DNA of 64,000 bases, from assembly GCA_030704615.1 (NCBI GenBank), contig CM060731.1:14694001-14758000 (forward strand), written 5' to 3'. Shown piece by piece: positions 52,171-64,000 of the stretch; within the stretch, counting starts at the first letter, position 1, and each line of letters opens with the position of its first letter. The notes under the pieces are model-generated. The model was not told where the DNA came from. It saw only the letters and a program-made list of their open reading frames with translations, and made no database searches. Both the position numbers and the translations under genes were made by a program. This DNA comes from Takakia lepidozioides. Taxonomy: Eukaryota > Plantae > Bryophyta.

Positions 52171-52403
52171 TGTAACCCTAGTAGGCTGTGTTGAGCTGTG
52201 ATAGGCTGTGTCATACTGTGGTACGCTGTGATAGGCTGTGATGCACTGTGGTAAGCTGTGATAGGCTGTGACATGCGGTGGTAGGTTGTGATAGGTTGTG
52301 TTGCGCCGTGCTGGGCTGTGATAGGCTGTGTTTCGCCTTTTCCGCCCGCCCTGGTCATATATGCTTGGCCTAGCGACAAGTGCTCCATACTCCGTTGGTA
52401 ACA
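52171..52403 (+). mobile_element. Short LTR-like unit (233 bp) with upstream PPT and downstream PBS-like sequence
   Basis: AGAGGGGGGCAAGGGGG precedes TGTAACCC..GGTAACA, followed by cTGGTGCAGCCCGTG. Internal ~10-bp CTGTG periodic repeats. Confidence 0.55.
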
Positions 52404-52473
52404 CTGGTGCAGCCCGTGACTGCTCTTGCGTTTCAACATGCAAATCATGCTGCAAGGGTTTGTCATGGATACC

Positions 52474-55400
52474 ACTGTATCCTTTTAACTTATTGGCATT
52501 GACTCTTCCCAGTATTTCTTTGTTAATGGTTTGTAACATGGCGGTGTTGTTATCATACATCTTTTGTATGACATAAGGTCTTTTCCATGGTGATTTAAGC
52601 TTAGAAGCTTTAATCTTTCCTTTCTTCTGCAACCATAGAACCAAATCCCCCGTCTTAAAAGTCTTTAACTTGCCTTCATCAAACTGTTCCTCTCTCTTCA
52701 TCTGAATTCTGGTCATATTATCAGCTGCATCAGCACGTACTTCTTTCACATGGTATAATTCATGTTTCCTGACCTTAATGGAATCTTGCAATTCCATTCT
52801 CTTTCCCCACTCCGTTCTCATGGTAGGTAACAGGAATTCCACTGGAAGTAAGGCTTCCATACCATAAACTAATTGGAATGGTATATACTTAGTGGTGACT
52901 TTATATGAAGTCCTGTATGACCACAAAGCTGTCAGCAGCTTTGTATCCCAATCCGTTCTGTTTGCATTGACTATCTTAGCCAAGATAGTACATAGTATTT
53001 TGTTGGTAGCCTCTGCCTGCCCATTACCCTGCGGGTAATATGTTGTACTCTTTCTATGCACAATTATGAAACTTTAGTCAACAACTCAATGGTCTCATTC
53101 ATGAAGTGACTTCCCTGATCACTGATAAATTCTAAGGGACAGCCAAATCGTGTAAGTATGTTCTCATACAGGAACCTTGCTGTGGACTTGGCTGTGTTGT
53201 CCCTCAAAGCTTTAGCTTCCACCCACTTCGTAGTATAATCAGTGGCTGTAATTATGTACCTGTTCCGTGTATTCTTGGCTGGTGGGTTAATTGGTCCAAC
53301 AAAGTCTAGTCCCCATTTCTGAAATGGTTCCGTAGGCATTGTAGGATGCAAGGCCATCCTTCCAGATCTCTGCAAAGGTCCTAGCCTCTGACATTCATCA
53401 CAACTCTGACAATACTCGTGTACATCTTTGAACAAAGTAGGCCACCAGTAACCTGCGAGTAGTATCTTCCTACTGGTAGTCTCTTTTCCAAAATGACCTC
53501 CAGCCACTCCTTTATGAACTTCCTCCAAAACTTTATTTACTTCATGGTGGTACAAGCATCATTTTAGTACTCCATCAGGTCCTAGCTTATACATTCTGCT
53601 TCCTACCATAGTATAAGGTAAAGCTTTGATAGCGATTCTCTTCCTCTGCTCCTTACCATAACTAGGTGGGCACTGACCATGAGCAAAGGTAGTATCTGAT
53701 TGGCCACTGCCAATCTAACCAGTCATCTGCACTTCCCTGCACCTCCACTACAAATAGACTCGCATCTGGTAATTGATCATCTATTCCTGTGGCTGGTTCT
53801 CCTGTTGATAACCGTGACAAGTGATCCGCCACAAGATGCAGTCTCCTAGGCTTGTAAACAACCTCGAACTCAAACTCGTGCAAGATTATCAACCATCTTG
53901 CTATTCTTCCACTTATCAGAGGTTTGTTTACCAGGTATATCAGAGCCTGATAATCCACATAGAACATAAACTTCTTGCCCAACAGGTAATGCCTGAATTT
54001 CTTCACTGCATAGATCATTGCCAATGCTTCTCTTTCCGTTGTGCTATAGTTCCTTTCAGCACTGTTCATCAACCTGCTAGCATAGTACACAGGTGAATCT
54101 ATATTTCCTGTAACATTTTGGGCTAAACCCGCTCCCAATGCTTCTCCTGATGCATCGCAGTGAACATGAAATACTACATGCCTGTGAGGGTTAATCAGCA
54201 CAGGTGTAGTTGTTATTGACAGTGTAAGTTCCTCAAACGCCTGTTGACATTCAGCTGTCCAGGCAAACACTGCATCTTTCTTCAGAAGCTTGCTCAATGG
54301 TGCTGCTTTGTGCATACCTTTTGACAAATCTTCTGTAATAACTGGTTTGCCCAAGGAATCTCCTTAGACTCTTAACATTCACTGGTGGTGGAGAGGCTTT
54401 AATGGACTCTATCTTCCTGGGATCCACAAGAAGTCCCTTCTTACACACAATGTGTCCCAGAAGCACCCTGAGTTCACACAGAAAGTACATTTCTCTGGAT
54501 TCAGGCCCAGACCTTTCATCCTGCATCTGGCCAGACATAACTCCAATTTATGTAAGTGCTCATTCTTAGAGCTGTACACACTGAAATCATCCAAGAATAC
54601 CTGCATGAAATCATCCAGATACTCATGAAAAGATTCACTTATCTCTCTGTTAGGTCGCTGGTGCATTACAAAGTCCAAAGGGCATGACTTTGTATGCATA
54701 AGCACCCCAGTCTGTGATGAAAGCTGTTTTTCCTTGGTCTTCTTCTGCCACTTGCACTTGATTATAACCACTGAAGCCATCCATGAATGAGTACATCTCA
54801 TGGCCTGCCACAGTGTCTAATACTGCTTCTGTGAATGGCAAAGGGAAAGGATCTTTCTTCGTACAAGCATTCAGCTTCTTGTAGTTCACACAAACTCTTA
54901 GTTTACCATTCTTCTTGGGAACTATAACAATGGGTGACAACCAAGTTGTATACTCTATTGGGTATATAAACTTAGCCTCAGCCAACTTCTTAATCTCTTC
55001 TCCAACCTTCTGTGCGTAGTTGGGATTCATTCTGTACCTCGCCTGCTTGATTGGTACTGACCCTGGTTCCAGTTCAATCTTATGCTGGGTGGTATCCCTT
55101 TTAGATCCTCATAGCTCCAAGCAAATACATCTCTGTATTTGATGAACAAGCTTTTGGCTTGAATTCCGGCTCCAAATCAGCTCCTACTTTCACCATCCTC
55201 GGTTCCTCTTTAGTTCCCACATTCACTTCCTCACTTGCTCATCAGCTGTGATTGTCCAACCAGTCACCACTTCATCCTGTAAGCTCACAGTGGCTAGTTC
55301 CTCTAGGATTTCCATTTCTCCTTCTCTTTCTTCATAGAAATGTGATGGGTAACTGCTGGTTTCTCTTCAGTTGGTGTTGCTGTCACTACACCACAGCAGA

Positions 55401-57838
55401 TACCTCTTAAACAACTTAGGCTTTCCAGCCGCATCTCTGCAACCTGCTCCCACTCTGGGTGTGCAGCAAATAGGGTAGCTTCCTGCTCCTCATCCAGTCC
55501 TCCTTTCCAGTCATACTCTCTGACTCCTCGAGGTCTTCTTGTAGCAGGTAATCTACTAGATTTCTTTGTGGTAATTTGTATCTCGTCCCCATGCACTGAG
55601 AATTCCAGTCATGGAATACCTGGCATGTTCAGCCACGGACGTCCCAATAATAAGGAGTAAGCCTCCATGACTTCATCCATCTTCAACACAGTTACTGTGA
55701 TCATAAAGATCATCTTCTGTATCTGTATCTTAAACCCTCTTATTAATCCCAATGGATGTACACTTCTTTGATCTGCCATTGTTACTGTAAATGGGGCTGG
55801 TTTCATGTTACTTAGACCAAGCTTCTTTCTTAATTGGTCTGTCAGATATTTACTCCAGAACCTCCATCTATCAGTACATCAGTTAGTTCTGTGCTTCCAA
55901 TTCTCAATTGGATTACTGGCATAGAATCATCAAAGTCCATGACTGTTTCTCGCCCTTCCGGCTTCACATTATAACTGGTCACCTTGCTGTTCAGGTCTGT
56001 GTTTCCTGTCTCCTGAGCAATTCGATTGATTGCTTGATACAGCCTGTGCCTACAATAAGGTGCCACAGCCAATAGCTGTCCAATGATCCTCACTCCCTTC
56101 TTCTTCTCCATCAGAATCAGAGGAATCTGCCACAGGAATATCAGTACTCTTCTGCATTTCCCTTATGGTATCTGCCACTTCCTTATGCAGTTCCTTCTCA
56201 TCTCTCCAAGCCTCATCATCTTCAGGCATATCACTGCCACCTTCATTATCATCTTCTTCCTCTACTACTGGAGGTATTAGTTTGGCTTTACTTCTTGTTA
56301 CTATCATTGTACTTACTTCTGGTACAACACATGGCCTAACCATGTGAGCTGCCACCACTGGGCCCTCATTCACAGGAGCTCTCATCTCATTCTGGTGTCT
56401 AATCCAGAATGAACAGGCTGCCTTGCGATGTCCTGGCTGATTACAATAGTAACATAGTTCTTCACCATTGGGTCCTCGCCCTTGGTCTGTTCTTGGATTA
56501 TTTCTGTAATCCTGATTCCCGGGCTGGTAATTCCCCCTTGGATTACCCTGATAGTTGCCTCTGGAATTTCCTTGGTAATTCCCTCTTGAATTACTTCTCC
56601 CTTCCATGCCATTGTTATAACCACCAGACCTACCATAGTGGTCCTGATCATTGTTTCTTCTTGGGGGGCTGCACCTGATGCACCCTTACTTGCCTAGGTT
56701 CTCTTGCAGCTGTCCTTCTGTTGTAGTAACAATTCTCAATAGAATGGTTATCCATTTTACAGATAGTACAGTGTTTCTCCTTCATGTGGCATTCTGTGGT
56801 GGTATGGCCTTCATTCTGGCACTTTGCACACCATACACCCTTCCTCCAATGTGTTGCAGCCTCTGTGGCATACTTCTTCAAATTTCTTCCAATCTTTTTT
56901 CATAGTTATCCCTCTTCAACTTCTCCTTTCTCTTACTCTTCCTTTTTAGTTCTTGCTCTTCTTCTTCATCTGACTCATCCTCAGAGTCTTCATCATCCCT
57001 TTTCTCTCTCCTGAGCATTCCCAATTGCTCAATTCTGTTTGCAGTTTCAAATGCCTCCTCCACTGTATTATGGGGTAACATATCCACTTTTTTTGCAGCT
57101 CTGGTCTTAGTCCACTCACAAACCAAGTCTTCTGTAAACCGAGTGCTGGTACTGCAGCCAGCTTTTTCATCATCAATTCCATCTTTTCCATATACTCCTC
57201 AACAGTTTCATGCTTCTTTTGCTTTAACTGTTGTAAACTTCCATACACTTCATCCTTTACTTCCTGAACCTATTTCGAAATGCTTTTCAAGCCATTCCAG
57301 GTTAAAAATGATTATGATATCTTCCATCACTTTTCTTGATAATGAACAAGGAAACAAATCTCATCACATCATATTCTCATTGTTCACTATACACATGTGC
57401 TCAACTAATACATCCTTCCCCTTTTCCTGAATATATTGGAAAGGGTTTTTGCCCGTATTGGTTGTAACGCCATCTGTGGCCTACCTTCTACCCTGCACTG
57501 TGCTGCACCCTTGCTTGTGCTGGTCCTTCTGACCTGGTGTTTTTTTGGATCTTCCACCAAGTGGTGGCTGGAACAAGGCCCCACGATATTACAGTATTCC
57601 CAGCTTCAGTCGCCCCACTCCTGTCCCCAGAGCACTTCCCCCCTGCCCCCCTGAGCCGACCCTCGTTGGCCTGTGATCCAAATGCTCCACTTGATCCAGG
57701 TCCAACGGGTTGGGATGTCCTGGTTGTAGTCTCAACCTCAGCTGTTGAGTTACTTTCTTCTTCCTCTTCCAATTTCTTCTCTCTGTTTTCATCCTCCAAG
57801 TTCTGCCCTTGGGTTTCTTCTTCACTCATGTAACTCAA
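52474..57838 (-). pseudogene. Near-complete frameshifted gag-pol of a non-chromovirus Gypsy (Phygy/Athila-like, no additional RNase H seen)
   Basis: Gag with three zinc knuckles (CAKCQNEGH, CTICKMDNH, CYYCNQPGH). PR LIDGGSGVNI. RT YSFMDGFSGYNQ, QVFLDDF. RH HCDASG. INT HKGVAGGH..CDEC, WGLDFVGP, SDQG, NGQAEATNK. Confidence 0.92.
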
Positions 57839-58702
57839 CTGTAATGGTGTTGGAGAGTCTCCATAGAATCAGTGACAGGTGGACGCACAATAACTTCAGG
57901 AAAATGGCTGACGGAAGAAAAGACGGAAACCAGTTTAAAAAATAGACACGTGGAAGTCAGGGCGCGACACACAGCTGAGAAAAGTGCAAGAACACATCTA
58001 GGTGGTGAATTAAAAGTCAGCGCGTCAAATGGATGAAAGGCGGGCCATTAATGAATACGGAAAAAGGGGAACGGAACAAACGGCAAGTACAGAAAAGCGA
58101 AATTCTTGTCACATGTGTGATCCTAGTGGACTATCCAGCAGGGAAAGTCCACTAAAGAAAATGAAATCTAAAATCCAGTCACAGCGGTTAGAGCCAATAG
58201 AAAGCCAGAGAAAGGATCAAGAAATTGGAGGGAAATTAAGCACAAGAGGCGGCGTCATACTGAGTAACGGGCGTCTCGACGGGACAGACCATCAATGCTA
58301 TAGCTTGGAAACTATGGAGGAACTAACAGACATACGCTCGCAATATAATTACGCAGTGGCATAGACACGAAAAGAACAGAGCGGAGTTTTCTCTTGAACG
58401 ATGCTTGCAAGCTCCACAGGCTTACAAGAAATTACCCATAGCTTTTGTGGCAACCATACGTTTATGCTTTGTGCACTACAGGCATTTCTGCAGTTTTACA
58501 GCCAAAAACATTTCTGTGGGTCTAAAATGAAGAGAGTGAGAGGAATGGAGGAAATCAGGGTGAAGAGCACCACAATTCTGCAGAAACAAACGATTGCTAC
58601 CCACAGGCGATACAGAACTGAAGGAGCTGAGATTGCAAGGATTGCAAAGCATAGATTGGACATTGCACCATAGACAGTACATGTTACAATTCTTGCAGAA
58701 CT

Positions 58703-61700
58703 TTGAGCCAAGGACAGGAACAACAACGGTTGAAGGGAGTTGAATTAGTAATTACTCCCCTATACCTCCAGCAATTGTTTCGATTGCCAGCAGGTCAGGT
58801 GCATGTGGAGGAGCATAGGGCAAGACTGCAAATAGGGGACTTATTCCAAGAAGGGAGTTTCTTTAAAACTCAGGGTTATGCTTGTACCAAGGCGTGTACC
58901 CAGGGCTAAAGGAGGTAGGCCAGGTATTGAACGTTCTGATTGCCATGAAACATAACCAACAGTATTTGAGCAGATCCTACACGGAGGAAATACTCAAAGC
59001 CCTGAAAGGACAAAAGGTAGAATGGGCGGACATAGTGTACAACGCACTGGTGGAGGAGATGAAAAGATTACAAGGTACTACCACAAAGTCTCCTATCATA
59101 GTGTCTGGCCCAATCATTGCTCAAATAATTCTTGATTCTGGCATACTTGATGCGCAAGAAAAGAAAGAAAGGAGATGGGAGTGTTTGAGCCAGAAACCAC
59201 TGCAATGGAAGAGCAAGGCTCTTCACACAGTGAGGGTGGATTAGCAGGGCAACCCAAGACTAAGAGGCAGAGACGGGGAAAGACTGTAGTGGCGGATCCA
59301 CTGGCTTCACGGATTCCGCATGATAATGTTTCCCAAGCTCATGTGCAGGAAGGGGCACAGCAGCACAGAGAACTGCTATTACTGGAAGCAGGACCTTCAG
59401 AGATGGAAGAGGAAGTTACTTCAGTATCACAGCCATCACATCCAGCTGATCGGCTTGTCACAAGGTTACAAGTTGTCCATGCAGCTCAATCAGAAATAAT
59501 TGATTTGGAAAAAGAAGGGTTAGATATTCCAACTACAGAACAGATAGTGGCAGAAATTGAAAAAGGGGACCTTCTCTATGAATATTCTGGTCTGGTCAAG
59601 GAGACAGAGATTCCAGAGGTACAACAATTGCCCAAGGGAAATCCTGAGGTGCATATAATACACACACATGTGTCGGAGGTACCACAGGTAGAATGTCAGA
59701 CACTGCAGCACCGGTGATGGATGAAGTGGTTCAGGAAGAAGAAAATCCGGTGGGACAATGGCCTGAGTGGTTCGTGAGACATCACACGGTTGAGGATCAG
59801 GAGGAGGAACAGCAGCAACCTCACCATGATGACCCTCAACAGGCAATGCTGATGAGTTCCATAGGCAGGACACTTAATTTGTTGGGGACTTGTCAAATCC
59901 CATGTTCCAACTACCCAATTGACAGCCTTGAGAGAGGAACTCAGGAAGGAGTTTGAGGCTCAACTAGCCACTGAGTGTGCAAACAAGGTCGATGAAGAGG
60001 TCACTCTCAAGATGCAGCAGGACTTGGAAAATACAGAAGCGGCTTTGCAATTGGCCAAGGAACAATTGATTGAGGCAGGCCTCGCGCAAGACCAGTTGCA
60101 CGAAGCACATAAGCAACAGCTATACCAAATGCAGGTGCAGCATGAAACCAAGTTGCAAGAAGTGAATGCACTACATACGGAGTTGTTGACAGTGCATGAC
60201 AGGATGGCGATACCATGTGCTACATTCACAACTATGCTTGACCAATCTACAAAAGAAATAAACAGTCAAGCGGAAAAATGTACAAAGCAGAAGCAGAGAA
60301 TGTGAGCAAATGAACCTCATTGTCGATATGAAGAATACAATCTGTCGCAATGAGGATACTTTCAAGCAATACAAGCAGATTGAAGTTGATCAAGAGAAGT
60401 ACATCCTGGAGTTGCAACAAACGCTCGTGGCCAATAGAAATGAAATCTCGGTCACTAACAAGGCTTGGAAGGAAGCTAATAATCTACTTGCTGCCTATGC
60501 GAAATTGGTTGAACCTCATGCGAGCGCCATGGAGGCTTACAACAGCAGTTAGAAGTGTACAAACTCAGAGAGGAGCACACTCTCAGAGGAACCACAAGCA
60601 ACTTGGTGGATAACAGCCTTATGAAGGTCTGGTTAGCACAAGGGCTAGTGGAGGGCAAAGCACCACGAAAGCTCACCCAAAGCGAGATGATGAATGAGCT
60701 CAGACTGCAAGTGCAGAACATTGCCACAACTACTATAGACAATGTCTATAGTAGGATATAGCAGAGTTACAGGAGGATGTAGACGGACTGCAGACTCAAG
60801 TGGAGGACCCTCACTTCAAATATCGACAAAAGAGTCTATATCCCTCAGGAACAGCTAATGGCTTCTTATTACAAGCCAAAACTTGGCCTTCTTTTCAGTC
60901 TTCACAGGAGGTGCAGGAGATGCCAATGATACAAGAGCCAGTTTCCAGGGCTGCGAGGCTCGCACACGCATTGCAAATGCATACAAATGTGGTGCGGTCG
61001 GGCATCACCCCTCACAACAAGTCACTGTACCAGTAGCTGAACCTGTTGTTACTACAACCACCACACAGCCACACACAGCCTGAGGTATGGGGCAATGCTG
61101 CTTTTAACCCACCTAAAACTCCAGCTGCAAGGGAGTACAGTAGGGCTATGATTATGCCCTTCAACCAAATTCCCATCATGTTGGATTTAGCTTGGAAAGA
61201 ATTTAGTCCTCCGCAGTCATTCGCACATTACTACCAAATCATGGTATTTGGCTGCCAGTGGCAACTAGGACTAAAGTTCTTCCGAACAATCGACATATTG
61301 AGGATCATCACTTTGCACAATACTGGCATGAGGCAAGTACAATGTTGAAGGAAATAATTGCCTTCCAAGTTGTACATGGATTCATTTATACCAAGACCAA
61401 GGAGGTAGCAAGTATTGTCATGGGAATGCGGGTTATACTACGCCACTCGCTTGTTTTTGGCCGACACGTTATCACATTTTCTTGCTGAGCAGAACTCCGC
61501 TTGCAAGCCACCAGCTCTCGATCTGCATGAGTTCTTCTAGGGGGATCATGCAGCAGATCTCGACTAACCTTCCAGTGCCAATCATACCTGTACACAGTCC
61601 TCACTGACCGGCCAAAGTTATGATGCCAAAAGGATTCTCAAATTCGTTCATGGTTTTCAAAGCGGCCTGGAACAATTTGTCAACACAGAAATTCGGCCAT

Positions 61701-61955
61701 TGATGATATTTTCTATAAGGGACATGTGGCATGAAATACTTGCACGGTGCACAAGTAATTGGTACCCCACTCACCTGGACTGACAAGGAGCTCAGTGTCT
61801 TCACCAATTTTGCTGTTCAGCGTTTACAGCAAGTTGTAAAATATAAACTTCCAGACATGGTAGGACAACATTGTATGCCCCAGAGGATTCCACAAAAAGT
61901 TCGACAATTAAAACACTTGAGAGGTGATGAGGATTCTGATACAACTGTTTCTTAA
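58703..61955 (+). pseudogene. Long degraded accessory 3' ORF of element B (about 1000+ codons)
   Basis: Chain of + frames: LKGVELVITPLYLQQLFRLP and VEWADIVYNAL (like retrotransposon accessory domains), an acidic linker and a long coiled-coil. Ends upstream of the PPT. Confidence 0.65.
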
Positions 61956-62234
61956 GCGGATTCTTTTGACATGGGAGAAGACTATGCAATTCAGATGGCA
62001 GAGAAGAAGCGACGGGGGTCCCCACATGCCTGAAAGGTTACCTCGATATCAACCTCCAGAGGGCCTCACTTATCCTGGTAGTGTTCAAAACATCTCGTCA
62101 ACCAGTGACAGACCTCGGGCTCGTACACACAGTCCGCCACGAAACTCTCAACGTAAGAAAGGTGCACTCACAAAGGTTGCTAATCGCAATCAGTAAACCG
62201 TGAGGACACGGCTTTTTGAGAGGGGAAGGGATAA

Positions 62235-62884
62235 TGTTAGAGGATTGTCTGGGACATAGACACTTACAAGGGATCTGTAGGGTACCCTTAATTTTTGCAC
62301 GGACTGAGACCAACAGGAGCCTTAGGGGTGACAGCAGCGCACTGTAGAGGGGGTTACACAGTCCGTCACAGTCGTCACAACCGACACAGCCACACAGCCA
62401 GTCACAGCCGACACAGCCAGACACAGTTTAGCACAGCCCGACACAGCCCGTCACAGCCGACACAAGCCACACAGCCAGTCACAGCCTGACACAGCCAAAC
62501 ACAGTCGCACAGCCAGTCACAGCCCGTCACAGTTTCACACAGCCAGTCACAGCTTGACACAGCTGTCACGACCATAGGGAACGGAGAGCAGGGCAGGGAA
62601 CGACTGTGGGGAACAACACCTGCAAATGGAACATGTTAGTTCACGGACGACGGTTAGTGAGGGAAACGGTTAGAGCCACGGGTAGGAAGATAAAGGGAGA
62701 AACAAGGACTGAGAAGGGGACATACATATATATATTCTTGGAAGCACTTCAGGGGGGGGAGTTCTTGGTCATGCATGAGAGGGGATCAGACGGAGAGTAA
62801 AGATAGAGAGCACGGTGAAGGAGGAAAGATGATTAGTAGATGCTTGTTATATGCAAAGCTGTAGTGATATTGTAGAGCAGATTA
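62235..62884 (+). mobile_element. 3' LTR of element B (truncated)
   Basis: Preceded by PPT GAGAGGGGAAGGGA. Starts TGTTAGAGG. Reverse complement of about 44960-45582, including the CACAG repeat block. Confidence 0.9.
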
Positions 62885-63370
62885 AATGTATCATTCTCTT
62901 TTAATTTTGTTGGATAATGTATGATAGAATGATTACATGAATATCAAATTCCCCTTATATTTTTACATTCTATGGAGGTGAGTCTTCTATATTTGTTTCT
63001 CTCTTTCTACCCTAAATCCAAACCCTAAACCCTCCTCCTCACCACAAACTTGGACCTTATTGCACTTAATATATCTAGTTACACCCTAAACCTTATTTTA
63101 TTACCCTAGTAGGTCATCTTCCTAATGTTTCAAACTATTTTAATATTTTACTGCCCTTCTCACACCCAAAACATCATTCCAATGGCATTGTCTCCGAATA
63201 TTGTGCTTGTCAAAATGAAGATTCAATCAAAATTACTATCAAGTTGTATTGAGTATGGTAGAGTAGGAGTCTACCCCATGTTCAATTCGACCCATTTGTT
63301 TATCGTGATTACATAATGTAATATTACATCATTCGACTTCCCGGTGGACGTTCAATGAATTGTTCAGTAC
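62885..63370 (+). mobile_element. Fragment related to the telomere-like region linked to transposon T
   Basis: GTGAGTCTTCTATATTTGTTT..TTTCTACCCTAAATCCAAACCCTAAACCC matches the reverse complement of about 39940-39998. Confidence 0.5.
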
Positions 63371-64000
63371 TGCAACTTCACAAGCACTTCAATGTCAAAT
63401 TGACATCTTATATGTCACATTTTGAAGCAAGTATGACATCACCTGTAATTTCACAAAATTCAATCACACATTACACCATGATATTATTAACATTTGAATT
63501 AATTTTAATTCAAATATATATTAAGTTTTGAATTTAAGCCAAAAGTCCAAAATTAGTTAAAATAGGGTAAAAGTATATGTATAGACTTAAGCAAAGTCAA
63601 GATTGGCAAAAGGCTAAAAGAAGGCTAGAGCCAAGTAAAGCAAAGAGTAAGCTTTAAGAACAAGAAGGGATATTAGGAATAACTACAGCCTGGATATCTT
63701 AAGAGCAAGGGGGGTGAGACCCCAAAGACCAGTACTTAAAAGGGATCTGATGTTGAGTCTAGTAGAGAGAGGAAACACAAAGAGAACAGAAGGACAAGTA
63801 GTCAAAGAAAGCGTGATGATCAGATGTGGTTACTCAGAGTCTTGAGAGAGAGCAAGGCAGACTTAGCACCAAGAGGGATCCTGTACTCTTTAGCAAGCAG
63901 CCAGAGAGGTCGATCTCTAGATTGGGAGGTTATCTTGCTTAGAGGTGGCTTAGTTGTTAAGCAATTTTCGTAAGAGGTTTGATCGTTACACCACGTGTAG

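Noticed and set aside
63480-63990. Possible further LTR ending GTTACA
   Set aside because: No partner copy, PBS or PPT identifiable in the window.

Overview
Eukaryotic land-plant DNA, probably a bryophyte/seed-free plant (inferred from the transposon families). Left third (1-18 kb) is genic: a complete 12-exon LCB1 (serine palmitoyltransferase subunit 1) gene on the minus strand (11308->3155, 486 aa, all GT-AG introns), its introns full of co-oriented 3' pieces of one LINE family, plus a 419-aa orphan ORF and a clean hAT MITE. From 18 kb on it is a degenerate transposon nest: a hAT element, a Galadriel-like and a Tcn1-like chromovirus, two non-chromovirus Ty3/Gypsy elements (A and B) with tRNA-Arg-type PBS and a shared extra ORF ahead of gag, an L1/Tx1 LINE, an FCP1/NIF-like pseudogene, and a DUF7869-like DNA transposase (T) in three pieces. 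The most striking observation is that the nest is scrambled. Matching target-site duplications, reading frames that rejoin across breaks and reciprocal microhomology junctions (43641/52084, possibly 52473/57874) show that halves of single elements lie 8-20 kb apart, in permuted order or inverted. Family assignments come from recognised motifs, not database searches.
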